A DNA stretch of 64,000 bases from Candidatus Binatia bacterium (GTDB lineage Bacteria > Desulfobacterota > Binatia > Bin18). A program made the position numbers and the translations under genes. The stretch is from positions 608,001 to 672,000 of the forward strand of contig OY761159.2 in the NCBI GenBank assembly GCA_963664395.2. The letters run 5' to 3'. Below are positions 41,305 to 54,873 of this stretch, piece by piece (the stretch's first letter is position 1; each line of letters starts with the position of its first letter). The notes under the pieces were generated by a model, which was given only the letters and a program-made list of their open reading frames with translations, was not told the origin of the DNA and did not search any database.

Positions 41305-42621
41305 CTAGCCAAGGCTCTCTTCAATGCGGATGTACACCGATTTCCCGTGAACGATAGGTAATTGGTCAACCAACGTCATAGCCGCCTTCAAATTCCGTTC
41401 AGGTGCGGCATGCGTCCGCATGACCAAAGGTACGGTATTATCGCCTTCACTCCGGCCGCGCTGAATGACCGAGGCAATACTAATGTCCTGGTCGCCTAAA
41501 ATACCGCTAATCTGTGTGAGCACGCCAGGACGGTCAACAGCCATGAAGCGCAGATAATACTCACTGACCAGCTCATCCATGGGCCGGACAGCCGCCGGCT
41601 TCAGCTCTGTCCAGGCACACCCAAGCGGGGGCGGGGGCTGCTGATGCTTCGTCTGCGCCCGCGCACTGTCAACAACGTCAGACAGAACTGCCGCCGCGGT
41701 AGGCAAACTCCCCGCTCCTTGTCCAAATTGGAGGGAAGAGCCCAGAGCGTCCCCTTGCGTAAAGATGGCATTATACGCGCCGCCCACACCCGCCAAAAGA
41801 CTGCCCTGCGGAATCATGGTCGGATGGACGCGGGCTTCAAGCACGTCACCTTCTTCCTTGGCAATCGCCAGGAGCTTGATCACATAGCCGAACTCGCGCG
41901 CAAATGCGATGTCGATCTGGTCGAGCTGCCGAATCCCTTCGGTGTACACGGCATCGACCGGCACCCGTACGCCAAAGGCGAGCATGATGAGTAGCGTCAG
42001 CTTCTGAGCAGCGTCAATGCCATCAACATCCATACGGGGATCAGCTTCCGCCAAGCCCAGCTCTTGGGCTCTGTGTAAGACAGAGGCAAAATCGGCGCCG
42101 TCCTCACGCATCGTTGACAGGATGTAATTACACGTCCCATTCACAATCCCGAACAGTGCCTTGTTGCGGTCCGCGACAAAGCCTTCCCGCAGCGTCCGAA
42201 TAATAGGGATGCCGCCAGCCACGCTGGCTTCAAACCCCAAGCGTACCCCATGCGCTTCCGCTGCGGAAAAAATCTCATCGCCATGCAGAGCCAGCAGAGC
42301 TTTGTTTGCCGTCACAACGGCTTTGCCCCGTGCCATAGCTTCTAAAACGAGCGACCGGGCGGGGTCGGTTCCGCCAATGAGTTCCAGAACAATATCAACC
42401 TCACCATCATTCACGACGCTCCAAGGGTCAGCCGATAAACGGACACCAGAGAGAGGCGGGTGCGGTTTTGTGTCGATGCTCCGACTCGCAACGTGCACGA
42501 GTTGCAGGGGAACACCTATTTTTCGAGCAAACGAATCGCGCTGCCGGTCCAGGAGTTGGACAACCCCGGAACCAACCGTCCCCAACCCAATGAGACCAAG
42601 TTTTACACCCTCCCTCGCCAT
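41305..42621 (-). CDS. hom: Homoserine dehydrogenase with ACT domain
   Basis: [29 protein letters not shown] and DRPGVL motifs. Confidence 0.95.
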   Translation of the reverse strand: MAREGVKLGLIGLGTVGSGVVQLLDRQRDSFARKIGVPLQLVHVASRSIDTKPHPPLSGVRLSADPWSVVNDGEVDIVLELIGGTDPARSLVLEAMARGKAVVTANKALLALHGDEIFSAAEAHGVRLGFEASVAGGIPIIRTLREGFVADRNKALFGIVNGTCNYILSTMREDGADFASVLHRAQELGLAEADPRMDVDGIDAAQKLTLLIMLAFGVRVPVDAVYTEGIRQLDQIDIAFAREFGYVIKLLAIAKEEGDVLEARVHPTMIPQGSLLAGVGGAYNAIFTQGDALGSSLQFGQGAGSLPTAAAVLSDVVDSARAQTKHQQPPPPLGCAWTELKPAAVRPMDELVSEYYLRFMAVDRPGVLTQISGILGDQDISIASVIQRGRSEGDNTVPLVMRTHAAPERNLKAAMTLVDQLPIVHGKSVYIRIEESLG

Positions 42622-43859
42622 TATACCGCTCGAAGCTTTTTCCCCGCCGGCTCGGCCTGTCCTGAGCCAGGTCGAAGGGCCGGAACACTTACGCCACCAA
42701 AGGCTTTTCGGATGCCGCGGACCGCCTGCCGGGTCCGATGCTCATTCTCAATCAACGCGAAGCGGACGTAGTCTTCTCCATATGGCCCAAAACCAATTCC
42801 TGGGGACACCGCGACTTTGGCTTCCGTCAGGAGAAATTCGGCAAAGGCCATGGAGCCCATGGCCCGCAGTGGCTCTGGGATTTGCGCCCAGACAAACATC
42901 GTGCCTTTGGGTTTGGGGATATGCCAGCCCACCCGCTCCAGGCCGTCAATCAGGACATCGCGGCGGAGACGATAGCGCTGGCGCATGTCTTCCACGCAGT
43001 CCTGGGGGCCGTTCAAGGCCTGAATCGCGGCGATTTGAATGGGCTGAAAAATACCGTAGTCGAAATAGCTTTTGAGCCGGCCCAATGCCATGATCGCTTC
43101 GGGATTGCCGCACGCAAAGCCCACCCGCCAGCCCGGCATGTCATACGATTTCGACAAGGTAAAGAACTCAACACCTATCTCTTTTGCGCCGGGCACCTGC
43201 AGGAAGCTCGGCGGCGTATAGCCGTCAAAAAAGAGGTCGGCATAGGCAAAATCGTGAATGACAAACAACTTATGCTCACGGGCGAATTCCACCACCCGCG
43301 TAAAAAATTCGAGATCCACAACGGCCGTCGTCGGATTATGCGGGAAGCACAGCAGCAATACCTTTGGCCGCGGCCAACACTGCCGAACCGTTTCTTGAAG
43401 GGAGGCAAAGAAATCTTCCCCTGGTCGGAGCGGGACGACCCGTAAATCGGCATTGGCCATGACAATCGAATACTGGTGGATGGGATAGGTCGGACTCGGG
43501 CAGATGGCCACATCACCGGGGCCGAGAATCGACAGCGCCAAGTGGGACAGACCCTCTTTCGACCCGATTGTCACAATGGATTCGGACTCGGGATCAAGCT
43601 CCACCTCAAAGAGGCGTTTATACCAGTCGCAAATCGCCAGGCGTAGCTTGTATAGGCCACGTGAAGTTGAATAGCGATGATTCTGGGGCTTTGCCGCAGC
43701 CTCAACGAGCTTGTCCACCACGTGTTGCGGAGACGGGTGGTCGGGATTGCCCATCCCGAAATCGACAATATCCTCACCCGCCCAGCGTGCCTCCATTTTC
43801 ATCTTGTCCAGGGTGGCAAACAGATAGGGCGGAAGCCGTTTAATACGTGGAAATTCCAT
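42621..43859 (-). CDS. alaC: Class I PLP aminotransferase, AlaC-like
   Basis: [29 protein letters not shown] and [13 protein letters not shown] motifs. Confidence 0.8.
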   Translation of the reverse strand: MEFPRIKRLPPYLFATLDKMKMEARWAGEDIVDFGMGNPDHPSPQHVVDKLVEAAAKPQNHRYSTSRGLYKLRLAICDWYKRLFEVELDPESESIVTIGSKEGLSHLALSILGPGDVAICPSPTYPIHQYSIVMANADLRVVPLRPGEDFFASLQETVRQCWPRPKVLLLCFPHNPTTAVVDLEFFTRVVEFAREHKLFVIHDFAYADLFFDGYTPPSFLQVPGAKEIGVEFFTLSKSYDMPGWRVGFACGNPEAIMALGRLKSYFDYGIFQPIQIAAIQALNGPQDCVEDMRQRYRLRRDVLIDGLERVGWHIPKPKGTMFVWAQIPEPLRAMGSMAFAEFLLTEAKVAVSPGIGFGPYGEDYVRFALIENEHRTRQAVRGIRKAFGGVSVPALRPGSGQAEPAGKKLRAV

Positions 43860-44017
43860 GTTGTCTCACCTCTGGGGAGACAGGCCGTTCAGCCCTTCTC
43901 CGGCAGGACCTCCATTGCTGCTAAGGATATAGGGGATTTACCGAAACCGGTCAAACCGCTGGGAGTGCAGTTTCGGCCTCGACAGCCCACAGGCGGCGGG
44001 CAGGAATCCCCTCGAAT

Positions 44018-44182
44018 TTATTTCTTTCCGGCGGTACCTTGATTCGGCGGGTTGGTGGGTGGTTTTTTTGGAGACTGCTCGGTCGCCACAGGTTGGTAGC
44101 CGCGAGAGAAATCGACCCGAAGGTCGTTTTTCCTCTGTTTGTTGGACGGACGCGGAGCCGCAGATGTGTTATTCTTGCGCAT
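44018..44182 (-). CDS. Small Pro/Lys-rich peptide (54 aa) with GYQP motif, not in the ORF track
   Basis: GGAGG RBS and an ATG overlapping the 3' end of the upstream gene. MRKNNTSAAPRPSNKQRKNDLRVDFSRGYQPVATEQSPKKPPTNPPNQGTAGKK. Confidence 0.65.
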   Translation of the reverse strand: MRKNNTSAAPRPSNKQRKNDLRVDFSRGYQPVATEQSPKKPPTNPPNQGTAGKK

Positions 44183-44786
44183 TGATTTCCTCCTGAGGGT
44201 GGTAAGGCCAAAACTCTATTGTTCTGATTTCTTCGGCAGCAATGAGCACACCTCTCTCACTTTTCGGCGGCGTCCACGTACCATCTTCAGCAATATCATA
44301 AATCCATTGGATGAACATATCGCGCTCATCTGAATTAGAAGAAACGAAAGATTGTACACCGTAGAAGCCTGCAAAACGGGTCCCATCTTTCAGTGTCACA
44401 AGAACCCACTGTTCTGCCATACCGTTGAACTTCCAGTCCCAGGCGGTCGGTATGGCGTGGGCAGGATAGAGACCAAACCGATTAAGGAAACGGCGAACAA
44501 GGTCTTTCTGGATATTGATCCCCAAAAGTAGGCCGAGAAAAATAGGGCCAACAAAAACAACGCCGAACCAAACCAGTCTTGAATCCTGTATCAACGCGGG
44601 ATCAACGACAGGGAGAACCAGAGCGCCATAGATGACTGAGATGGTGAGATAGGAGAGAAGCGAAGCCTTATTCTCGGACGGAATTCTTCCGGTTATGAAC
44701 TGCGAGCGTACTGATAACGCGATAAAGCCAGGGACAATGAAAACCAGAATAAGGTAGAGACTATTAACTGACAGTAATTTAGTCAC
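44169..44786 (-). CDS. DUF6338-like membrane protein
   Basis: IVPGFI plus about three TM helices, then PTAWDWKF, WVLVTLKDG..FAG.YG..SF.S and GVLI...EI..IEF. Confidence 0.75.
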   Translation of the reverse strand: MTKLLSVNSLYLILVFIVPGFIALSVRSQFITGRIPSENKASLLSYLTISVIYGALVLPVVDPALIQDSRLVWFGVVFVGPIFLGLLLGINIQKDLVRRFLNRFGLYPAHAIPTAWDWKFNGMAEQWVLVTLKDGTRFAGFYGVQSFVSSNSDERDMFIQWIYDIAEDGTWTPPKSERGVLIAAEEIRTIEFWPYHPQEEINAQE

Positions 44787-44890
44787 GGCTCAACCTCTCC
44801 TTACCTGCCAGACAGTACGGCTACGAAGCTGATCGCTTTCTGACCATCAGCTATGCCCGCTTGTCGTGTCAAGATTCTACTGCTCACTCG

Positions 44891-47800
44891 TCACCCCTCC
44901 ACTCCCGCGTCCGGCTCGCCCGCCCCCAACGCATTCATCCACGCCAAACACAAGTCACGCGAGCGGTAGCGACCATACGTCGCCATTTCCTGACGTTCGA
45001 CAATCGGGAAAGTAGAATAGATGTAGCGCACGTCATCACGGTCAGTGACGCCGTACAGATGAAAAAACACCGCGTCGAGTTTGGCGCGCAGGTGCAACCG
45101 CCGTTCCTCGTCCCACACGAACGGCGGCTTGACGTTGCCCAACTCATCCACATGGCCCAGGTCGCGGGCGAAGGGGGCCATGTCGTGGGCCGTATAGGTG
45201 AGTTCCAGTACGGCCTCACGGACGATCTCACCGGCGGTCTTGGGGCCGAAACCCACGCTCTCGAAAGTTGCTGCCGGCACGACAGGCATTTGCTCCAGAA
45301 CGTACCATGTAAAATGCGTTGCCGGCACTTTTTGCCGAGCCACGAAGTCGAACACCACGGCGTTCAGGTTCGCAACGAGCAGGCTCGCAAGCACAGACCG
45401 CCGGGAGCTGTCAGCGTCTATCAGGAATACGGGCAACGTATTTCCCGCGCCGGCGCGTGGGATGAGCGCTGAGATCATGGTGCGCATGTTGGTGGCGGCG
45501 GTAATGTCCTTGAAGGCGATGGCCCACTCGTCAACCCACTTCCATGTCCCGGAATCTTCTTTCACATAGTAGCGCGACTTTGGAGAACGCTCGGGGTCTC
45601 GCTTCTCCGAATCAGGAATGGATTCCTGCTGACCGGGCCGAAAAAGATTCTCCTCATTGATGGTGATATCAGCCGCTCGGTGGTCAAATCTCTGCACCAT
45701 CTTGCCCTCGTACAGCGGCAACCATTCCCCGCTCGGACTGTCGAAGCGGTTGCCGCCAATGGGCCACGCGCCCTCCCCTTCTTCCAACTCTTCGCGCGTG
45801 CGGAACAGATAAGAATCATTCGTCATGTGGAACATCGTGGCGTACTTCACCGGCCACGCCTTGACTTCCTCGTCGCCGGAACGACCCACCAACACCGGCA
45901 GGCGTTCGTAGATCGCGGTCGTCAGCTTGGCGTCACGGCTTGTGCGGAAGATGGGCGCGGTGCCGGTGTTCGGGTTGACACGGACGAAGTCCTCGGCGGT
46001 CAGCGGGAAACATCGCTCCGGGTCGTTGAGTTCGGAGACATCCTGCAAAAAGAACGCGCATTGGGCAGGCTCGCCGAACGACGTCGGGCTGGCCACAATC
46101 GCACAGAACTTGAAGCGGCTGTCCACGTCCGGGAAGAACGGCGGGGCATTGAACTTGGTCCTGCGGTTCTCGAAGTCATACAACGCTCGCAACCGACCTT
46201 CCGTTGCCACGCCCTGAAAAAACGGCGCCGCGGTCTTGTCCGATGCAATGCCGGACGGCACCAGCAACCCGACCATGCCCGTCGGCTTGACCAGCGTCAT
46301 GGCCCGCTCGACAAACAGTGAGTACAGATTCACGTCGCCATGCGACAACAAAGGATAGTCGCCACAGGCGCGCGCCATGCGCGTAGCGTTGGCGGCCCGT
46401 TCGCTCGCCTTGGCAAAATCGTGGCCGAGCGGGTCGCCGTCCGTCTCTAACGCGGCGATCAGGCGCTTGCGATCCGTAGCGCGTTGGGCCAGGGCAATCT
46501 CGGGGCGGCGGGCGGCGAACCATTCGACCTGTTGCAGCTTAATGCGATCCCAGGGCGGGTTACCGATGACCGCGTCAAAGCCGCCGTCCGGCTCCGTATT
46601 TTTCAGATTCGTCCATACGCCGGGAAACGCAGCCTGCCAGTTCAGAAAGCGCTCTTCGGCAATGAGACTGCGCGCCCGTTTCAGCAGTTCGGCGAACCGT
46701 TCGCCATCGGGTGTAGCAGTCGAGACGGCGCACCGCCCCTGAGCAATATTGAGCGGATCGCCCAAGCGGCTCTCGAAAAAAGCGTGCAGCGCAGCCGTGT
46801 CATCACGGTCTTGGATGTCCAGCCAGTCCAGGGCGTGCAGCAGCGACAGAAACGCGTCGAGCGGCGCGGTCATGGCCTCCACCTCGGCGAAGGTTTGCGC
46901 GGACTGCCGCGCCTCGGCAATCTCGGCGTCCGTCAGGTGCTCAACGACCTGCATGGCGTTGGCCGCGTCCGCGGCGCGGTTCACCGGCTCGTGGATGAAC
47001 AGCCCATGGCCACCGGCACTCATCTTCTCTATGCCCTGACGCGCCCAGCAGCCGAACAGACTGTTACCGCAACGCAAGTGGTGGTCCAGAAAGCTCAGCG
47101 GCGCACCCACGGTGAAAGTGTGCAGCCACAGCGACACCTTGGCCAGTTCGACGGCCATCGGGTTTTTGTCCACGCCGTAGACGCAGCGCTTGAGCACCAT
47201 GCGGCGAATGACGTGACGGTCGTCAAGCTGTTCCGCGTCGATGGTCCAGCCGCGCTCGGCGGCATTATTCAGGATGGTGGTCCGAATGGCGTCAATCCGC
47301 TTGGTCAACGGCGAAACATAGTCCTCGACCGTGGCCTGAGCCTCGGCAATCGCGGCAATCACGCTGTCGGCCAGATAGTCCACCAGGCTGACCAGAAAAT
47401 GCCCGGAGCCCATGGCCGGGTCGCAGATTTTCAGTTCCAGGAGCCGCTCAGCAGGATCGAGCCGCTGCAGCTCACCCTGTGTGAGGCCGGCGTCCGAACG
47501 GCGCTTATCACGCTTTGCCGCCCGTTCGGAAAATGCTGTCAGGCGCGCCCGGACCAGCGGGCCGACCGTCTCCTTGAGAATCACGTTCACAAGATCGTCC
47601 GGGGTGTAATAGCTGCCCGAGCCCTTGCGGGCAAACACGTTGGGCCGCACACCGATTGTGTCACCGTCGCGGACGACTTCGTATTCGAGCAGGCGTTCAT
47701 AGATTGAGCCGAGCTGCTGCACGCTCAGGTCGCGGTAGTTGATATAGCGCCGACCTTCTGGTGTCTGCTCAAACGATAGCGCGTCAATCACGTCAGCCAT

Positions 47801-48985
47801 GACCTGATCACCCAGTCGGATGCGGGTCAGCAAGGGCGTGCGCGCCCGGTCAAACAGACCGCCGTTATAGGGCGGCAGGCCGATACTGGCGTCGCCTTGG
47901 TCAACCGCGCGGCACAGATCGTCAACCGTAGACCAATAGCGGCTGGCGTTTTCGGAAAACGTGTCGTTACCGTCCTTACGCCGCCCGACATCACCCCGTA
48001 CTTTTTCGCGCAAACCGTAATCGTCATAGCGGTCGTCCCGCACCGGCAGCAGGTCGCGGTCCTCGGCATACAGGATAAACAGCAGCCGGTAGAGCAGAAT
48101 CAAGGCCGAGTCGCGCACCTCGGACAACAGGGCGTCCGGCGCAGCCGCGGCAATGGCACGGGCCAGGCTGGGAAAGACCTGCTTGAAGACCAGTTCGGAC
48201 AGGTCGGCGGCTACCCGCTCTTCATAGAATCGGCCTTGGGCAAGCGCACGCTGATGCAGGCTGCGCGAGTCCGCGGTGTCCGGGTCGGGCAGAAAGGCAG
48301 CACGGCGAAAAAAGAGCACGAACAGCTTGAGCCAGTGCCGGCGGTCGGCCTCGGACAGCGCGAACAGGCCGTCGTTATGGCCGGACAGACCCAGGGCCGT
48401 CGCCAGGTCGATCTCGAAGAACTGTTCCGACACGGACCGCGCGCCGGCATAGGACAGCCGCCACTTGGCACCGTTGGTGAGAATGCCCCAGCGCAGCGTC
48501 CCGTTCGTCAGGTCATCCACCCGCCGCAGGTAGCGCAGCATCTGGGTTGAGGGCGCGGTCTCCTCGCCCCGCCGGTCGGAGCGCCGGTCGAGCGGGCGTT
48601 GCCAACGCTTGGACTCGACCACGGCCAGGCCGAATGCGTACCGCTTCCATTCCTGCCGGCATCGGTTGGCGCGGGCTTTGGCCTCGTCATCGGCAAATAG
48701 CAGGCCGTCGGGCACATCGTCCCGGCCCTGGGCAGTGAGGTTCTGCTGCCGCAGGCTGGCCGTCCAGCCGAGAGCCCCGAGTACCGGCCAAATCAGATCG
48801 TCCTCGGTCTGGCTCTCGTTGGGGGTGAGGGCCGTCGGGAAGCGCTCGAAGACGGTCCGCAGCGCGCGTTCACATCCGTCCAGCGCTGCGTCGTCAAAAG
48901 CCTGCCAGTCGATCAATTGAGCAACAGATTCCGTCAGAAAATCGTGGGCAAACAGGCTGCCCTGGACGATATCGTTCATATTCAC
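44891..48985 (-). CDS. Type IIG (Eco57I-like) fused restriction endonuclease-methyltransferase
   Basis: N-terminal PDGLLF...VESK nuclease, WGILTNG, YNGGLF, LGSIYE, GSYYTP, CDPAMGSGHF, GNPPW and a C-terminal TRD. Confidence 0.92.
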   Translation of the reverse strand: MNMNDIVQGSLFAHDFLTESVAQLIDWQAFDDAALDGCERALRTVFERFPTALTPNESQTEDDLIWPVLGALGWTASLRQQNLTAQGRDDVPDGLLFADDEAKARANRCRQEWKRYAFGLAVVESKRWQRPLDRRSDRRGEETAPSTQMLRYLRRVDDLTNGTLRWGILTNGAKWRLSYAGARSVSEQFFEIDLATALGLSGHNDGLFALSEADRRHWLKLFVLFFRRAAFLPDPDTADSRSLHQRALAQGRFYEERVAADLSELVFKQVFPSLARAIAAAAPDALLSEVRDSALILLYRLLFILYAEDRDLLPVRDDRYDDYGLREKVRGDVGRRKDGNDTFSENASRYWSTVDDLCRAVDQGDASIGLPPYNGGLFDRARTPLLTRIRLGDQVMADVIDALSFEQTPEGRRYINYRDLSVQQLGSIYERLLEYEVVRDGDTIGVRPNVFARKGSGSYYTPDDLVNVILKETVGPLVRARLTAFSERAAKRDKRRSDAGLTQGELQRLDPAERLLELKICDPAMGSGHFLVSLVDYLADSVIAAIAEAQATVEDYVSPLTKRIDAIRTTILNNAAERGWTIDAEQLDDRHVIRRMVLKRCVYGVDKNPMAVELAKVSLWLHTFTVGAPLSFLDHHLRCGNSLFGCWARQGIEKMSAGGHGLFIHEPVNRAADAANAMQVVEHLTDAEIAEARQSAQTFAEVEAMTAPLDAFLSLLHALDWLDIQDRDDTAALHAFFESRLGDPLNIAQGRCAVSTATPDGERFAELLKRARSLIAEERFLNWQAAFPGVWTNLKNTEPDGGFDAVIGNPPWDRIKLQQVEWFAARRPEIALAQRATDRKRLIAALETDGDPLGHDFAKASERAANATRMARACGDYPLLSHGDVNLYSLFVERAMTLVKPTGMVGLLVPSGIASDKTAAPFFQGVATEGRLRALYDFENRRTKFNAPPFFPDVDSRFKFCAIVASPTSFGEPAQCAFFLQDVSELNDPERCFPLTAEDFVRVNPNTGTAPIFRTSRDAKLTTAIYERLPVLVGRSGDEEVKAWPVKYATMFHMTNDSYLFRTREELEEGEGAWPIGGNRFDSPSGEWLPLYEGKMVQRFDHRAADITINEENLFRPGQQESIPDSEKRDPERSPKSRYYVKEDSGTWKWVDEWAIAFKDITAATNMRTMISALIPRAGAGNTLPVFLIDADSSRRSVLASLLVANLNAVVFDFVARQKVPATHFTWYVLEQMPVVPAATFESVGFGPKTAGEIVREAVLELTYTAHDMAPFARDLGHVDELGNVKPPFVWDEERRLHLRAKLDAVFFHLYGVTDRDDVRYIYSTFPIVERQEMATYGRYRSRDLCLAWMNALGAGEPDAGVEG

Positions 48986-49047
48986 GCGCCCACGGTCTTT
49001 GTTTCGTTGCGGATTGTGCTTCTGCCCGACAAATTCATTGAGATAAT

Positions 49048-49291
49048 ATGAAAACTATTACTATCACTATTGACGAAACCACGCTGCGGTTCCTTGCTGA
49101 ACTCGCCGTTTCTTTTGCCCGTCGTCAGAGTCGCTCCGCGCTCGTGCGGACACAATTCATGGCTTTGCCGAGCAGCAGCGCCGACGCAAGACCGAGGCGG
49201 ACGAAGACCACCTATTTCACACCAGTCGGAAACGTCTGGCCAGAGAAGCCAAGGCGTTGGTCGCCGAGCAAGCCCGGCCATGAAGCGTGGC
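49048..49291 (+). pseudogene. Decayed toxin-antitoxin pair: frameshifted RHH antitoxin plus first codons of a MazF/PemK-like toxin
   Basis: MKTITITID...SRSALVRT, then a 1-nt loss near 49152, then FAEQQRRR...EQARP-TGA(49283). An ATGA-overlapped MKRG follows and similarity then ends. Confidence 0.55.
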
Positions 49292-49329
49292 TGTGGGAAA
49301 TGTACGAAAACCGAGCCTCGGCTTCAGGC

Positions 49330-51579
49330 TCAGCCCACCCGAGCCAGCTCAAGCCGCCCGGCCCAGCGGTCTTCGAGTACGGCCCGCAGTCGGCGGGATT
49401 CGGGTGTGGTCAGGTTGGGGTCGCGGGCGAGCCAGGCCAGGGCTTCGTCCCGCGCGGTTTCCAGAATCTTGCTGTCGCGCACGATATTGGCCACGCGGAA
49501 GTCGGGCATCCCGGACTGACGCGTGCCCAGAAATTCACCCGGCCCACGAAACGCCAGGTCGGCTTCGGCAATTTTGAAGCCATCCTCGGTTTCCACCATG
49601 ATCTGAAGACGCCGCCTGGACTCGTCCCCCGGCGCGTACTGTGCCAGCAGCAAACACAATGAGGCGGCTTGCCCGCGTCCGACGCGACCGCGCAACTGAT
49701 GCAACTGCGCCAACCCGAATCGTTCGGCATGTTCAATCACAATGACCGTGGCGTTCGGCACATCAATCCCAACCTCAATGACGGTTGTCGAAACGAGCAA
49801 CTGATGCGCGCCGGTCTTGAAACGCTGCATGGCCGCCTCTTTTTCATCGCCCTTCATGCGGCCATGGACGAGGCCGACCGAATAATCGGCAAAGAAGGTT
49901 TGCGACAACTCTTTAGCCATAGAGGTCGCGGCCTTCAGGTCTAACTTCTCGGATTCCTCAACCAGCGGATAGACCACATAGGCTTGATGGCCCTGATCGA
50001 TCTGTTCCTTGACGAGTCGGTAGGCTTTTTTGCGTTCGCCTTCATGGAACACCCGAGTCGTGATCGGCTTGCGACCGGGCGGGCGTTCATCAAGAGCCAG
50101 GACATCCAGGTCGCCATACATGGTCAGGGCCAGGGTACGTGGGATGGGGGTTGCGGTCAGGAGCAGAATATCGGGATTCACCCCTCGTTTGCGCAAGGCC
50201 ACACGCTGCATCACCCCAAAGCGATGCTGCTCATCAACGATGGCCAAGCCCAAATGCTGAAAGCGCACACCGTCCTGGATCAGGGCATGCGTCCCCACCG
50301 CAATCTCGACCTCGCCGCGTTCCAGGAGACCATAGATCTCCTGTTTCCGTTTCATGCGGGTTTCTCCGGTCAGCAGGGCCATGGAGATGCCGAGCTGCTC
50401 GGCCAGCGGCGTCAGCGTCCGGTAGTGCTGCTCGGCCAGGAGTTCCGTCGGAGCCATGAACGCTACCTGATAGCCGCTGTCGAGCGCGGCCAGGGCCGCA
50501 AAGAAGGCGACAATGGTCTTGCCCGAGCCGACATCCCCCTGCACCAGTCGATTCATGGGGTGAGGCGCGGCCATATCTCGAAAAATCGTCTCAGTCACAC
50601 GCTCTTGGGCCGCGGTCAACCGAAACGGCAAAATGCCATACACCTGCCGGACCAAGGGGCCCGGCACAATGGACAGCCCCTCTTCGCGGACGATGTTGCG
50701 CCGGCGCAGGGCCATGCCGAGTTGCAAATAAAACAGTTCGTCGAACACCACGGCCCGATGCGCCGGAGAGATAGCCTCATTGAGTGCGGCAATCTCAATA
50801 TCGAGCGGGGGAAAATGCAGCTGCCGCAGGGCTTGATTGAGCGGCATCAGGTGCAGGCGCTCACAAATTTCCTGCGGCACGCCGTTGGGGACCTGATCGA
50901 CATGCAGGCTAACGGCACCATGCACGACCCGCCGCATGGCAGCCACCGTCATTTCCGTGGTCTTGTTATAAATGGGCAGGACGCGGGCGGTCTCATCCTC
51001 TTCTTCCATCGGCTCCATGTCCGGGTGGATCATCCACTTGCCGCCCTTCATGCCCTTCTCGACCTTCCCGTACAGGAGGACACGCTGACCAAGTTGATAG
51101 CGTTGCTGAAAATAGCGATGCTGGTGATACCACAGCAGAAAGAGGAAGCCGGTTTCGTCGCGCACAACCGCTTCCAGCACCCAACGACGCCGGCGGGCCA
51201 GAAAGCGACGGCCCATACGGGCGATCTGTCCGGTTATCGCGGTCTCATCTCCAATCTGAAGATCACGGATTTGCTTGATCTCGCGCCGGTCCTGATAGCG
51301 AAACGGAATATGGTACAGCAGGTCTTCGACCGTCTCGATACCCAGCCGGGCCAATTGCTCCGCGCGACGCGGGCCTACGCCTTTGACATACTGCACCGAT
51401 TTTTTGAGCGGTGGCTGGGAGGCGCGAAACGAGCGCGCCGACGAGGAAGGGGGGGCAGCATCCCCTCTCTCTCCCCCCTTGATAAGGGCGGCTGGGGGGG
51501 AGGCCTGGTCAAAGAGCTGGGGAGTTCCCTCTGACGTGCGACTTTTCGACCCTCTGACGTGCGACTTTTCGACAGCCAT
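49330..51579 (-). CDS. recG: ATP-dependent DNA helicase RecG
   Basis: KGVGP, QGDVGSGKT, DEQHRFG, TATPIPRT, QLHQLRGRVGR and RGPGEFLGTRQSG motifs. Exact start uncertain. Confidence 0.96.
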   Translation of the reverse strand: MAVEKSHVRGSKSRTSEGTPQLFDQASPPAALIKGGERGDAAPPSSSARSFRASQPPLKKSVQYVKGVGPRRAEQLARLGIETVEDLLYHIPFRYQDRREIKQIRDLQIGDETAITGQIARMGRRFLARRRRWVLEAVVRDETGFLFLLWYHQHRYFQQRYQLGQRVLLYGKVEKGMKGGKWMIHPDMEPMEEEDETARVLPIYNKTTEMTVAAMRRVVHGAVSLHVDQVPNGVPQEICERLHLMPLNQALRQLHFPPLDIEIAALNEAISPAHRAVVFDELFYLQLGMALRRRNIVREEGLSIVPGPLVRQVYGILPFRLTAAQERVTETIFRDMAAPHPMNRLVQGDVGSGKTIVAFFAALAALDSGYQVAFMAPTELLAEQHYRTLTPLAEQLGISMALLTGETRMKRKQEIYGLLERGEVEIAVGTHALIQDGVRFQHLGLAIVDEQHRFGVMQRVALRKRGVNPDILLLTATPIPRTLALTMYGDLDVLALDERPPGRKPITTRVFHEGERKKAYRLVKEQIDQGHQAYVVYPLVEESEKLDLKAATSMAKELSQTFFADYSVGLVHGRMKGDEKEAAMQRFKTGAHQLLVSTTVIEVGIDVPNATVIVIEHAERFGLAQLHQLRGRVGRGQAASLCLLLAQYAPGDESRRRLQIMVETEDGFKIAEADLAFRGPGEFLGTRQSGMPDFRVANIVRDSKILETARDEALAWLARDPNLTTPESRRLRAVLEDRWAGRLELARVG
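51527..51572. repeat. Perfect 23-bp tandem duplication in the recG 5' end
   Basis: CCCTCTGACGTGCGACTTTTCGA x2. Confidence 0.9.
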
Positions 51580-51580
51580 C

Positions 51581-54850
<3,270 letters not shown>

Positions 54851-54873
54851 GGTTTATATCTGTCGGTCAGAAA

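Noticed and set aside
43951-44211. 86-aa ORF from the track
   Set aside because: No RBS or motif. The overlapping 54-aa frame at 44018-44182 has a proper RBS and is preferred.
46484-47707. 407-aa plus-strand ORF
   Set aside because: Antisense shadow of the GC-rich Type IIG gene.
49984-51534. 516-aa plus-strand ORF
   Set aside because: Antisense shadow of recG, explained by codon bias.
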